Assembly (NCBI GenBank): GCA_029260855.1
Contig: JAJDCK010000011.1
Location: 11,978-75,977, forward strand
Source of the DNA: Candidatus Saccharimonadota bacterium
Lineage (GTDB): Bacteria; Patescibacteriota; Saccharimonadia; Saccharimonadales; OFTM59
Direction: 5' to 3'
DNA: 64,000 nucleotides
Shown: positions 47,141-55,867 of the stretch, in pieces
Position numbering within the stretch: position 1 is the first letter of the stretch
Layout of the letters: the number at the start of each line of letters is the position of its first letter
The notes under the pieces: generated by a model
Told to the model about the DNA's origin: nothing
What the model saw: the letters and a program-made list of their open reading frames with translations, nothing else
Database searches by the model: none
Translations under genes and position numbers: made by a program

Positions 47141-47875
47141 TCATAATGTATTGTGCAATTCTTCTGCTATATCAAAGTTGGTGTGCGTCGCAGAGACATC
47201 ATCTATCACTTCAAGCGCATGCATTAGGCGCACGACCTTTCCGGCGGTTTCTTGGTCTGTGATTGCTACCATGTTATTCGCAACAAATGTCAGCTCAGCC
47301 TCTAGAATTTCTACCCCAGCTTCACGTAACGTGTCCCTAACTTTGGCTAGATTCTTCGGCCCAGTATAAATAACCGATTCGTCATCTTCTTCTTCCATAT
47401 CTTCGGCACCGGCATCAATGGCCTGGAGCATCAAATCATCGCCCTTGCCCTTTACGCGGATCATGCCTTTTTGATCGAATTGAAATGCCACCGCGCCTTT
47501 TTCGGCCATATTGCCGCCATGCTTAGAAAATGCCAACTTAACTTCCGGGTATGTACGGTTAAGGTTGTCTGTGGCACACTCGACGATGATAGCCGCACCG
47601 CCCGGCCCATAACCTTCATACAGCACCTCTTGGATCTGTTCACCGCCCAGCCTGCCACTGCCTCGGTCGATCGATCGCTCTATGTTGGCTAGTGGCATAT
47701 TGGCTGCCTTGGCTTTATCAATTGCCAGCCGGAGCGTAAAGTTCATTTCTGGGTCCGCACCACCTCGGGCAGCAACTGCTATGGCATTGCCAAGCTTCGT
47801 AAAAACCGCACCCCGGGCCGCGTCTTTGGCCCCCTTCTGCCGTTTTATGGTTGACCATTTACTGTGTCCGGACAA
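47141..47875 (-). CDS. yebC: YebC/PmpR-family DNA-binding regulator
   Basis: MSGHSKWSTIKRQKGAKDAARG. Confidence 0.92.
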   Translation of the reverse strand: MSGHSKWSTIKRQKGAKDAARGAVFTKLGNAIAVAARGGADPEMNFTLRLAIDKAKAANMPLANIERSIDRGSGRLGGEQIQEVLYEGYGPGGAAIIVECATDNLNRTYPEVKLAFSKHGGNMAEKGAVAFQFDQKGMIRVKGKGDDLMLQAIDAGAEDMEEEDDESVIYTGPKNLAKVRDTLREAGVEILEAELTFVANNMVAITDQETAGKVVRLMHALEVIDDVSATHTNFDIAEELHNTL

Positions 47876-47889
47876 GGCTTAAACTCCTC

Positions 47890-49353
47890 TTACTCAATAA
47901 TATTCTTATCTGTTATTGTACCATATCTAGTCTTTGCCTTGTGGGCAAACACCAACATACAAGTAATTACAAGGCTATAGGCCAGCAACATTCCAAACAA
48001 CGACAAGCTCAACTCAACCTTTGCGTAGGGTATGCGGGAAAATAGGTTTACTATATCAAGCATATATGTCATTAAAATCGTGCCCGGCCAAGCAAATAAG
48101 CCTGACACGACAGGTGCCAGCATACCGGCTATACCTGCGACAACCGAAAAAATCATCGCAAACGGCACTAATGGCACGACAATTACGTTACTGGGAAGCG
48201 CTATTAGGGATGCTTCACTAAAAATATAAAGAATCAACGGTGTGACCATAATTTGAGCAGATATGCTTTCCAGCACAACCTGACCTAAAAATTTTTGTTC
48301 TTTCATGCCGAAAATGCAGGTCTTTAAAAGAGGAGCTAGGATCAGGACGCCAAAAAACGCCAAAAACGAAAGATACCAGCCTATATCCGACCACAAATAA
48401 ACTGGATTCCCCATAGCAGTTACAGCCGCCGTCAAAGATATTAGTAGCAGTGGCTTAAACTTTCGGCCGTAATACCAAGCCGCCAAGCTCAGACTCGTGA
48501 CCATTGAGGCCCTTACTATAGAGGCGCTAAAACCGGTTAGCAGTAGGAAGCCCGCCATTAGCACTAGCGAAAGTACGGTTGATTGATACTTAGAAAGTCG
48601 GCTCAATTTACGCCGCACACCCCTAATGATAATAGTCAAGTTATAGCCAGAAACCGCTATGATGTGTGTCAGGCCGACTATGGACAACTGTTCGCTTAGA
48701 TCATCCGGCAATGTAGTCCTTTGCCCGATAAGAATACCCAAGCCAAAAGATGCCAACGGTTCCGGCAGTGCCGTTTGCATACCCGCTACGAACTTTCGTC
48801 GTATAGATTCAACCAATGAGCCACTCCTGCCTACTACCCGAATTTCTGCAAAACTAATCCTGCCCTGTCGAGCGCCGCCAGTAGGATACATACTACCAGT
48901 CACCTCCACAATATCCCCCCTGTATACAATCGGCACTCCGCGGCCGCGGACCTGAATCTTGCCTGGCAATTTTAAATTTATTGGCCTCAAAATCTCTACG
49001 TGGTAAGCGTCAAACTCTAACTGCCCGCCATTAGCATAAACTGCATCCGTTCCAGCCTGCACCCTTATTGTTGACTCTTCGCCATACAGAGTTTCGTATG
49101 GCTGTAGCTGACTTAAAAATGCGTGGCCACGCAGAATACCACCGCATAATCCCAGCAGCGCGGCAGAAGCGACCAGGATCAGCGTTTTTCGCCTCCAGCT
49201 AAAAGCAAAAAGCAAGACTATCGGTAGCAGCCAACTAATGTGCAGATCATTGTCGTTGCGCGCTAGCGCTAACCCAACTAAGAAACTCGAAAAGATGACA
49301 GTCAACACTGTCGTTTGTTTAAACCTGATTGTTAGCTTCATAGCGTTAACCAT
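47890..49353 (-). CDS. comEC: ComEC/Rec2-family competence channel (core membrane domain only)
   Basis: LGILIGQRTTLPDDL...GLTHIIAVSGYNLTII. Polytopic, with no C-terminal metallo-beta-lactamase domain. Confidence 0.8.
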   Translation of the reverse strand: MVNAMKLTIRFKQTTVLTVIFSSFLVGLALARNDNDLHISWLLPIVLLFAFSWRRKTLILVASAALLGLCGGILRGHAFLSQLQPYETLYGEESTIRVQAGTDAVYANGGQLEFDAYHVEILRPINLKLPGKIQVRGRGVPIVYRGDIVEVTGSMYPTGGARQGRISFAEIRVVGRSGSLVESIRRKFVAGMQTALPEPLASFGLGILIGQRTTLPDDLSEQLSIVGLTHIIAVSGYNLTIIIRGVRRKLSRLSKYQSTVLSLVLMAGFLLLTGFSASIVRASMVTSLSLAAWYYGRKFKPLLLISLTAAVTAMGNPVYLWSDIGWYLSFLAFFGVLILAPLLKTCIFGMKEQKFLGQVVLESISAQIMVTPLILYIFSEASLIALPSNVIVVPLVPFAMIFSVVAGIAGMLAPVVSGLFAWPGTILMTYMLDIVNLFSRIPYAKVELSLSLFGMLLAYSLVITCMLVFAHKAKTRYGTITDKNIIE

Positions 49354-49631
49354 TAATCAATACAGTTTATCCTAAATTGACTTTTCTCTGTAAATACGGA
49401 TAATGTAAGGAGTTATTTTTCCTTATTGTTTTCAGGGAAAAGAGCAGCTCGGCTTGGTCCTTTAGGGCTCGGCTATGCCGACCGAGCAATGAGAAAAACC
49501 GTAGGTTTGTCTCAGTTTCTAGAAAACAAATTCGTGAGAGGATTCACGAATTTGAGAGGAAGAGGGAGTGCCGTAAAACGAAACTCTGCGAGTTTACTCG
49601 TCAGAGCGAGTCCAAGGCCTCGCTCTGACGA

Positions 49632-49708
49632 GGGCCCATAGCTCAGCCGGTTAGAGCACCTGCCTTTTAAGCAGGGTGTCGTGAGTTCGAGTCTCACTGG
49701 GCCCTCCA
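49632..49708 (+). tRNA. tRNA-Lys(TTT), CCA encoded
   Basis: GGGCCCATAGCTCAGCCGGTTAGAGCACCTGCCTTTTAAGCAGGGTGTCGTGAGTTCGAGTCTCACTGGGCCCTCCA has anticodon stem CCTGC/GCAGG and loop CT-TTT-AA. Confidence 0.93.
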
Positions 49709-49715
49709 AAATAAG

Positions 49716-49743
49716 AACTCCCGTGCTTGGGAGTTTTTATTTT
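49716..49743 (+). terminator. Rho-independent terminator after tRNA-Lys(TTT)
   Basis: AACTCCC-gtgctt-GGGAGTT followed by TTTATTTT. Confidence 0.8.
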
Positions 49744-49948
49744 GCTAGGAGCTATGTAGAACTCGAATCCACAACACGCCAAAAGGGTGTCGGGGGTGAA
49801 GATTGCCGCCGGCAATCTGCAAGGAAACCTTCCGATGAAAACTTGTTTTCTATCGCGAAGTTTCGGGGTCGCTGAAAGTGACCGAGTCCCACTGTGCCAA
49901 GTGTTCCTGTTTCTAGGGATTCCATTTAACCCCTGTTATCATAGAGCT

Positions 49949-51886
49949 ATGAGTACTACTGTTTTTCCACTAAGCAAGATAAGCGAAGTAAACGCTTCAC
50001 TAGTAGGCGGTAAAGCAGCAAACCTAGCTAAACTCATCCAAGCCAACTTACCAGTACCAAGTGGTATTGCTGTAGGCTTAGGCTCATTTGATAACAATGG
50101 CGAACTAACTGATGTCGCTAAAGAGCAGATAAAAGCTCATCTTGAACAGAGTAAGCTTTATGCTGTGCGTTCATCAGCTCTAGCCGAGGACGCAGAAGGT
50201 GCTTCTTGGGCAGGACAATTTGAAACATTTTTAGAAACCAAACCGGGTGATGTCATTGCCAAAGTTGAAGAATGCCACAACTCAACTAAGAATCGTGCAA
50301 AAGCTTATGCCGAAGATAAGGCTGATAGCGAAAACTTTTACATAGGTGTAGTTGTACAAGAAATGCTAAAGCCAGAATATGCTGGCGTTTTATTCACAAA
50401 AAACCCGCTTACTGGACAAGAACAACTGGTTACTGAATACGTTGAAGGGCTTGGCGAGGAACTAGTAAGTGGTCGTGCCGACCCTAGGCGTGTAGTAATT
50501 GACGTACGCCAGGGGCTTGAACTTGAGTTTGATTATAAGAAACTTGTAGAGCTTGCGCAGAAAACAGAGGAACTCTTTGGAGTGCCACAAGATATTGAAT
50601 GGGTATGGGCTGACGGTAAGATGTGGCTCGTACAGGCACGTCCTATTACTGCTACTCAGGAAAAACATGAAGGTTATTACTTAGGCGAGCCTGGCGAATT
50701 ATTCTACTGGGGTCCGTCACGCACTAAGCCCATGTATATGAGCGACTTTATGGCTGCTGCCGAACGTCTATTCATAGAAATGGCGAATGACCCTCAGCTG
50801 CCGACACCACCTAAGACCGTAGTACTTTTTGACGAAGGTAAAATGGTTTGGCTATGTAACGCTCAGGACTTCGCAGATTTTACAGAACAGGCATTTGTAG
50901 CCTATGAAAAACGCAATCAACTAGACCAAGACATTGCGAGCTGGGAACTTGCATCTAGTGAGCTAGAAAACCTTAGCGGAAAAGAGCTAAACGACAAGAT
51001 TGTTGAGGCTTGGTACTATACCGAGTTTGCCGAGTTCTCACTTTATGGCGCAGAAACCTCTTTAATTAGACGCTTGGAACGATTTAACCCAGAAACACGC
51101 CAAAACATTTGGAGCGCATTTACTACTCCTGATACCCAGACTTTCTTAGCTCGCATAGATAGTGAACTAGCAACTTCACAAGACCCGTCGGCACTTGTAG
51201 AAAAATATCCTTGGGTACAAGACGGCTATGACGGTTTATCTAATAATGCAAATCAGTATTTTGAGGATAGGTTGAAGATTGTAGGCACTGAACCAGCCAA
51301 AGCACCCGATAATCAACAAAGGCGTAAAAAGCTAGTTGAAGAGCTGCAACTTAGTAATGATGAAGTCAGCGCACTGACACTAGCACGTATGCTCGCAGAG
51401 TTTATGGACAATCGCAAAGCATGGATGATGAAAACACGACGCTTGCTAACCTCGTCAGTTGGCGATATTGAGCATGGCTGGTTTTTTAATCAGGGCAATG
51501 TTTCAAAGATTGACCAAGAAACTACGCACGAACTATGGCAACGCTATGTTGATTTCAAAGCTTCTAGTAGCGCAGTTGTTGGCGTAGTTGCTAGTAATGG
51601 CGGTAAGCACTTTGTGAATGGCGAAGTAGTAGTCGTAGCCAGCCCAACTGATAATGTTGAAGACGGGAAGATAATTGTAGTACCGTCAACTAGCCCAAGC
51701 TACGTGCCTTTAATGCGGAAAGCTAAGGCACTAGTAACTGACCACGGCGGAATGATGTCCCATGCTGCAATTGTCGCAAGAGAGTTTAATCTGCCTTGTA
51801 TTGTCGGCACTAAGCAAGCTACAAAAGTTCTAACAACTGGCGATAAAGTTGTACTAGATTTAGTCAAGGGTGAAGTTGGTCGTTAA
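49949..51886 (+). CDS. PEP-utilising enzyme family protein: N-terminal PPDK-type ATP-grasp + C-terminal phosphohistidine swivel domain; no PEP/pyruvate TIM barrel (rifampicin-phosphotransferase-like architecture)
   Basis: LVGGKAANLAKL...YAVRSSALAEDA...DIEWV (ATP-grasp) and VTDHGGMMSHAAIVAREFNLPCIVG (swivel His). I place the start at ATG 49949 rather than the track start at 49787. Confidence 0.8.
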   Translation: MSTTVFPLSKISEVNASLVGGKAANLAKLIQANLPVPSGIAVGLGSFDNNGELTDVAKEQIKAHLEQSKLYAVRSSALAEDAEGASWAGQFETFLETKPGDVIAKVEECHNSTKNRAKAYAEDKADSENFYIGVVVQEMLKPEYAGVLFTKNPLTGQEQLVTEYVEGLGEELVSGRADPRRVVIDVRQGLELEFDYKKLVELAQKTEELFGVPQDIEWVWADGKMWLVQARPITATQEKHEGYYLGEPGELFYWGPSRTKPMYMSDFMAAAERLFIEMANDPQLPTPPKTVVLFDEGKMVWLCNAQDFADFTEQAFVAYEKRNQLDQDIASWELASSELENLSGKELNDKIVEAWYYTEFAEFSLYGAETSLIRRLERFNPETRQNIWSAFTTPDTQTFLARIDSELATSQDPSALVEKYPWVQDGYDGLSNNANQYFEDRLKIVGTEPAKAPDNQQRRKKLVEELQLSNDEVSALTLARMLAEFMDNRKAWMMKTRRLLTSSVGDIEHGWFFNQGNVSKIDQETTHELWQRYVDFKASSSAVVGVVASNGGKHFVNGEVVVVASPTDNVEDGKIIVVPSTSPSYVPLMRKAKALVTDHGGMMSHAAIVAREFNLPCIVGTKQATKVLTTGDKVVLDLVKGEVGR

Positions 51887-52178
51887 GGTGGTTGAATGCC
51901 AGCAGTAAAGATTGTCAGAACCGCAGAAGAAGCTTGCTCAAATATACAAGGTCGGTTACTTTGTTAAGCTGTTCTTGTCTGTAGCTGTTATCAAGTAGTT
52001 GACGCCAGCGTATCAGTTCGTCAACATAAGTATATAAATTAAACTCTTGGTCCACCTCCAATGTAATGGCTTCACTACAAAGCGGGGTCTTTCCATTAGA
52101 TAGTTAGATGCTTGCCTCAAGCGGGCAAAAGCCTTAAGCTTAGTGTGAAGATTTTAACTTAATAATAAAGGATCTTAT

Positions 52179-52388
52179 ATGTCACTCTTTTCAAAGCTTT
52201 TCGGTAGAAAATCCGGCAGTACCGCCACTCCAAGTACAGATGTTACCCCAACCCAAACATTTACGGAGCCACCAACACAACCCGACATACCACCACAACC
52301 ATCTCCAACACCTTTAGAGCAATCAACTCCGCCGGCTCCAGAACAAAACGAAACTCCAGACCAAACACCACCTTCGCCAAGCGTCTAG
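52179..52388 (+). CDS. Small Pro/Thr/Gln-rich protein with amphipathic N-terminus
   Basis: AAGGA RBS. MSLFSKLFGRK is followed by a disordered P/T/Q-rich tail. Confidence 0.45.
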   Translation: MSLFSKLFGRKSGSTATPSTDVTPTQTFTEPPTQPDIPPQPSPTPLEQSTPPAPEQNETPDQTPPSPSV

Positions 52389-52864
52389 CGTTTTTTGCCG
52401 TGTTCGTGTGAGCGACTCATTACCCATAGCGTAATGAGCTGAATAAACACGACCGCGCCCACTATTGCCTCGCTACTCTCAAGTAGACGCTGGCCAGCGT
52501 GTACACTACGCACTTCCTGCTGCAGGGCTTCCGGTAATAAAGGTAATGCAAATGCGGCCAGCACAAAACCGGTGATTAAAAACGGGATTATGTAGAAAAA
52601 TAGTTTTCCTTTGCTGAGCGTTTTACGCAAAAATATAGCAGTCAAAACAACCGGCACTACTAAAAGGGCCAGTTCTGAATAAACCAGCACCGATTCCTGC
52701 CTAGTTACAAGCCTAGTTACCAGCTCCGTATCATCACTGAAATATCGGGCCAACAACTCGCCCGCCAGCATACTAAAAAAGAGGTATGAGGAATTAACCC
52801 TGAAAATAATACCGAGCAACAGCGGCAACCCCAGGACTATGCCCAGAATAATATAAGCAGTCAT
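52385..52864 (-). CDS. Hypothetical polytopic membrane protein
   Basis: 4-5 predicted TM helices and no motif. Confidence 0.55.
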   Translation of the reverse strand: MTAYIILGIVLGLPLLLGIIFRVNSSYLFFSMLAGELLARYFSDDTELVTRLVTRQESVLVYSELALLVVPVVLTAIFLRKTLSKGKLFFYIIPFLITGFVLAAFALPLLPEALQQEVRSVHAGQRLLESSEAIVGAVVFIQLITLWVMSRSHEHGKKR

Positions 52865-52885
52865 ATGCTCATCATACCATGAGCG

Positions 52886-53446
52886 TTATAGATTGAGATG
52901 GTCGCCTATATGAAAACCAGTCGCATTAGCTACGCCGGCTTTTACTTCTAAGACGTATAGTGCCGGCTCCGCGCCGCAAAAGCTTTGCGGAAACGTCTTG
53001 GGACTAACATTTTCTTCAATATGTATAATTTCTTTTTCGCTACTTAGCCATATAATATCGATATTAAAATTCATATCCTTCATCCACATACATTGACGAC
53101 CAGGACTGTCAAAAACAAATAACACGCCGGTGTTAGCAACTATATCTTTTCGGCCAGATAGCCCTTGCTGACGCTTCTCCGGCGTATCCGCTTTTTCAAG
53201 CGTTAATGTGCAGTCGGTGGGATTGCCTCCGCCTGTAACATATTGTGATTTACCCGCCATTAGATCCGGATAAGGCGCATAGCAGATGGCGTTTGGTGCA
53301 ATCGCTTTATTGTTGGTTATAAGAATTGTAAGACCAATCGTTGATACCAGAAAAAACAAGGCACCAAATAGAAACAGAGCTCTTTGGAGCCGAGTTTTAG
53401 GCGCCAACACGGTCTTTACGCCGTTTACCGCGTGCATTTTGCTCAA
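52886..53446 (-). CDS. DUF192 domain protein (TM-anchored)
   Basis: GLSGRKDIVANTGVLFVFDSPGRQCMWMKDMNFNIDIIWL is the DUF192/COG1430 pattern. Confidence 0.7.
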   Translation of the reverse strand: MSKMHAVNGVKTVLAPKTRLQRALFLFGALFFLVSTIGLTILITNNKAIAPNAICYAPYPDLMAGKSQYVTGGGNPTDCTLTLEKADTPEKRQQGLSGRKDIVANTGVLFVFDSPGRQCMWMKDMNFNIDIIWLSSEKEIIHIEENVSPKTFPQSFCGAEPALYVLEVKAGVANATGFHIGDHLNL

Positions 53447-54299
53447 TATAATCTACGATTACACTGGCCACATTGCGACCAGTTACTTTTTCAATAATAA
53501 ATCCTGGGCTAGAATTAACCTCTAACACCAAAGGGCCACGATCACTACGCATCATATCTACACCACAAATGGTTAGCCCCATGGCTTTAGCAGCCTTCTG
53601 AGCAGTTTTGCGCTCTTCATCAGTTAATTTGATGGATGTCCCTTCACCCCCTTGGTGCAAGTTAGACCTGAAATCATCGTCCAAACTCTGGCGCTTCATA
53701 CTGGCTACTACCTTGCCACCGACTACAATTGCTCGTATGTCGGTACCTGCGCTCTCTGCTATATACTCTTGGACCAAAAAGCTTACGCCCTCAACATAGA
53801 AAGCCTGCATTACTGCTTTTGCCGCCTTGTTGGTTTCTGCCAGCACGACGCCGTTACCATGGGTCCCACGCGCCACTTTAATAACCAAAGGAGCGCCACC
53901 AGCTAACTGTATGACGTCGTCAAGGTCGGCCGTCTCACGAGCAAATACAGTCTTAGGGATACCTACGCCTGCGCGAGCTAATAGTTGAGTGCTTCTTAGC
54001 TTATCGCGTGAGCGCACAATCGCAATCGAACTCGAAGTCGTAAATACCCCTTGCATTTCGAACTGCCGCACAATAGAAGTACCGTACTTTGTAAGACTAG
54101 CTGCAATTCGCGGAACAATGACGTCAACATCACGGATTTCTTGACCCTCGTAACGAATAACAGGGTTACCACTTTCAACGGTTACATAACACTTCGCATA
54201 GTTAATAACCCGAACTTCATGACCGCGCGCCAAAGCTTCTTCCTTTAGCCTTTTAGTTGAATAATTAGCTGAACCTTTGGATAAGATAGCAATTTTCAT
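53397..54299 (-). CDS. rimK: RimK-family alpha-L-glutamate ligase (ATP-grasp)
   Basis: MKIAILS...; VIKVARGTHGNGV; RSNLHQGG; GVDMMRSDRGPLVLEVNSSPG. Confidence 0.85.
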   Translation of the reverse strand: MKIAILSKGSANYSTKRLKEEALARGHEVRVINYAKCYVTVESGNPVIRYEGQEIRDVDVIVPRIAASLTKYGTSIVRQFEMQGVFTTSSSIAIVRSRDKLRSTQLLARAGVGIPKTVFARETADLDDVIQLAGGAPLVIKVARGTHGNGVVLAETNKAAKAVMQAFYVEGVSFLVQEYIAESAGTDIRAIVVGGKVVASMKRQSLDDDFRSNLHQGGEGTSIKLTDEERKTAQKAAKAMGLTICGVDMMRSDRGPLVLEVNSSPGFIIEKVTGRNVASVIVDYIEQNARGKRRKDRVGA

Positions 54300-54314
54300 A
54301 GTAGCTCCTAACGT

Positions 54315-55631
54315 TTACGCCAATTTCCGCTCTAAATAACTGGCAAAGGCGGCATGCTTTTCCGCTGTAAAACTGCCGGATGCCAGCTGCGGACCATCGT
54401 TAACTTCAAGACAGTACCACAAACCGGTATCTTTGTCCTTTACAATATCTACGCCAGCAACCTGACGTTCTAAAAGTTTAGCCCCCTTGGCACACATGGT
54501 TTGTATACTAGGCGGCAGCTCTGTAGCGGGCACAATTATTGAGTGGGCTCCTTGAGATGTATTATTCAGATGAGTTTTATTGCTGAGTCGTGTGCGCTTA
54601 ATAACAAGCGATATTCTGTTGCCGAAGACCAGCACACGGTAGTCACAATCATTAGGGATAAAAGCCTGAGCGATACACTTTACACCGGCTTCAGACATTT
54701 GTTTAATCGCTTTATTAAACCCTGCCTCGTTTTTAATATAATAATTATATTCGCCCTTGTTGCCGTGTATATCTTTGATGACGAAAGGTAGACCAAGTTC
54801 ACTTTTAATCAAATTAAACGACTTGGCTAAAGCATCTGGTAATAGAAATATTGATTTTGGCACAGTAACGCCATTAGCGTTTAAAATAACGTACTGATAG
54901 AGTTTACTGGTAGCCGGAAAATGCTTAATCGCTTCATCGATAAACTGCACGTTTCTCTGTTCAAGATAGCGAGCTGTTGCTGCCGCCACATCCATTAAGC
55001 GAGCTGTGGTCTTGAAATGAACTAAATCAAAGCTAGCAATGTCACGACCGGTATTCTGCAAGATTATCTGATCCTTAGGCGAACCAATCTTAAAATATAA
55101 ATCCTCATATGCCGCATAAGTTACCCTTAACTTCTGGCCGCTTTTTTGTACGTTTTTTGCAAACGTTTGTGTGACCTCAGTACGCTTGGTAGATAACATT
55201 AAAATGCGCAGTTCATTTTTGCCTGATTTCTTAGTGACATCTACCAGAAACTTTCCATGCAAGGTTTTACGGCCAATTAATATTGGGTAGCGATTCGTCC
55301 TTCGGTTGGCCAAAGTACAGTTGACGCGGATGACCTTGCCGCCCAGTTTAATGCGTAGCTTCACGCGGTAACGAAATTCTGACTGACCAAAAGAGTTCTT
55401 GATTGATATAAGTTCATAATTACTAGTGGTATGCACTTTACCTGTATAAAAAGGCGATAATTTATCAAATAGGATGAATGATAACTGATTATTCTGTTCA
55501 AATATGCTGCTAGCCCAAATCGCTGAGCTGTCGGCACCGGTATCAATCTTGGCGGGTACGTCACTAACAGACTCGTCTGGAAATGAAATTAACTCAACAG
55601 TACCGATGCGTGTTAATGGTTTTTCGGTCAT
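54315..55631 (-). CDS. Fusion of a retropepsin-like (COG4067 'ATP-dependent zinc protease') domain with a second RimK-like ATP-grasp domain
   Basis: The N-terminus VELISFPDESVSDVPAKIDTGADSSAIWAS contains D-T-G-A. The C-terminal half carries ATP-grasp motifs (FVIKDIHGNKG..., GVDIVKDKDTGLWYCLEVNDGP). Confidence 0.7.
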   Translation of the reverse strand: MTEKPLTRIGTVELISFPDESVSDVPAKIDTGADSSAIWASSIFEQNNQLSFILFDKLSPFYTGKVHTTSNYELISIKNSFGQSEFRYRVKLRIKLGGKVIRVNCTLANRRTNRYPILIGRKTLHGKFLVDVTKKSGKNELRILMLSTKRTEVTQTFAKNVQKSGQKLRVTYAAYEDLYFKIGSPKDQIILQNTGRDIASFDLVHFKTTARLMDVAAATARYLEQRNVQFIDEAIKHFPATSKLYQYVILNANGVTVPKSIFLLPDALAKSFNLIKSELGLPFVIKDIHGNKGEYNYYIKNEAGFNKAIKQMSEAGVKCIAQAFIPNDCDYRVLVFGNRISLVIKRTRLSNKTHLNNTSQGAHSIIVPATELPPSIQTMCAKGAKLLERQVAGVDIVKDKDTGLWYCLEVNDGPQLASGSFTAEKHAAFASYLERKLA

Positions 55632-55867
55632 AAGATTTCCTGTTATTTTTGTCCGCTAGACCTAAATTAAATAATAACTAATATTCACTGCTTAATTATA
55701 TACTATTAGGGTAAATTAGTCAACTGTTATTGGCCTTGAGAATACGCATATATACAAAGACAATTGTACTCGCCACTATAATAATAAGTAGCACAATCAT
55801 GGTGATAAATCCGTCTTGGCGGTGATTCAAAGTTTTCATATTAAATAAATTATACCCTAGTAAACCG

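Noticed and set aside
49787-49948. An N-terminal 54-codon extension of the PEP-utilising enzyme ORF.
   Set aside because: The extension is Cys/Phe-rich and hairpin-rich, and it starts right after the tRNA terminator. Homology-like sequence begins at MSTTVFPL (ATG 49949).
51900-52050. A 49-codon minus-strand ORF (LEVDQEFNLYTYVDELIRWRQLLDNSYRQEQLNKVTDLVYLSKLLLRF) in the spacer after the PEP-utilising enzyme gene.
   Set aside because: It is helix-like but has only a TTG/GTG start, no Shine-Dalgarno and is shorter than 50 aa. It may be a gene remnant, but there is not enough support to call it.
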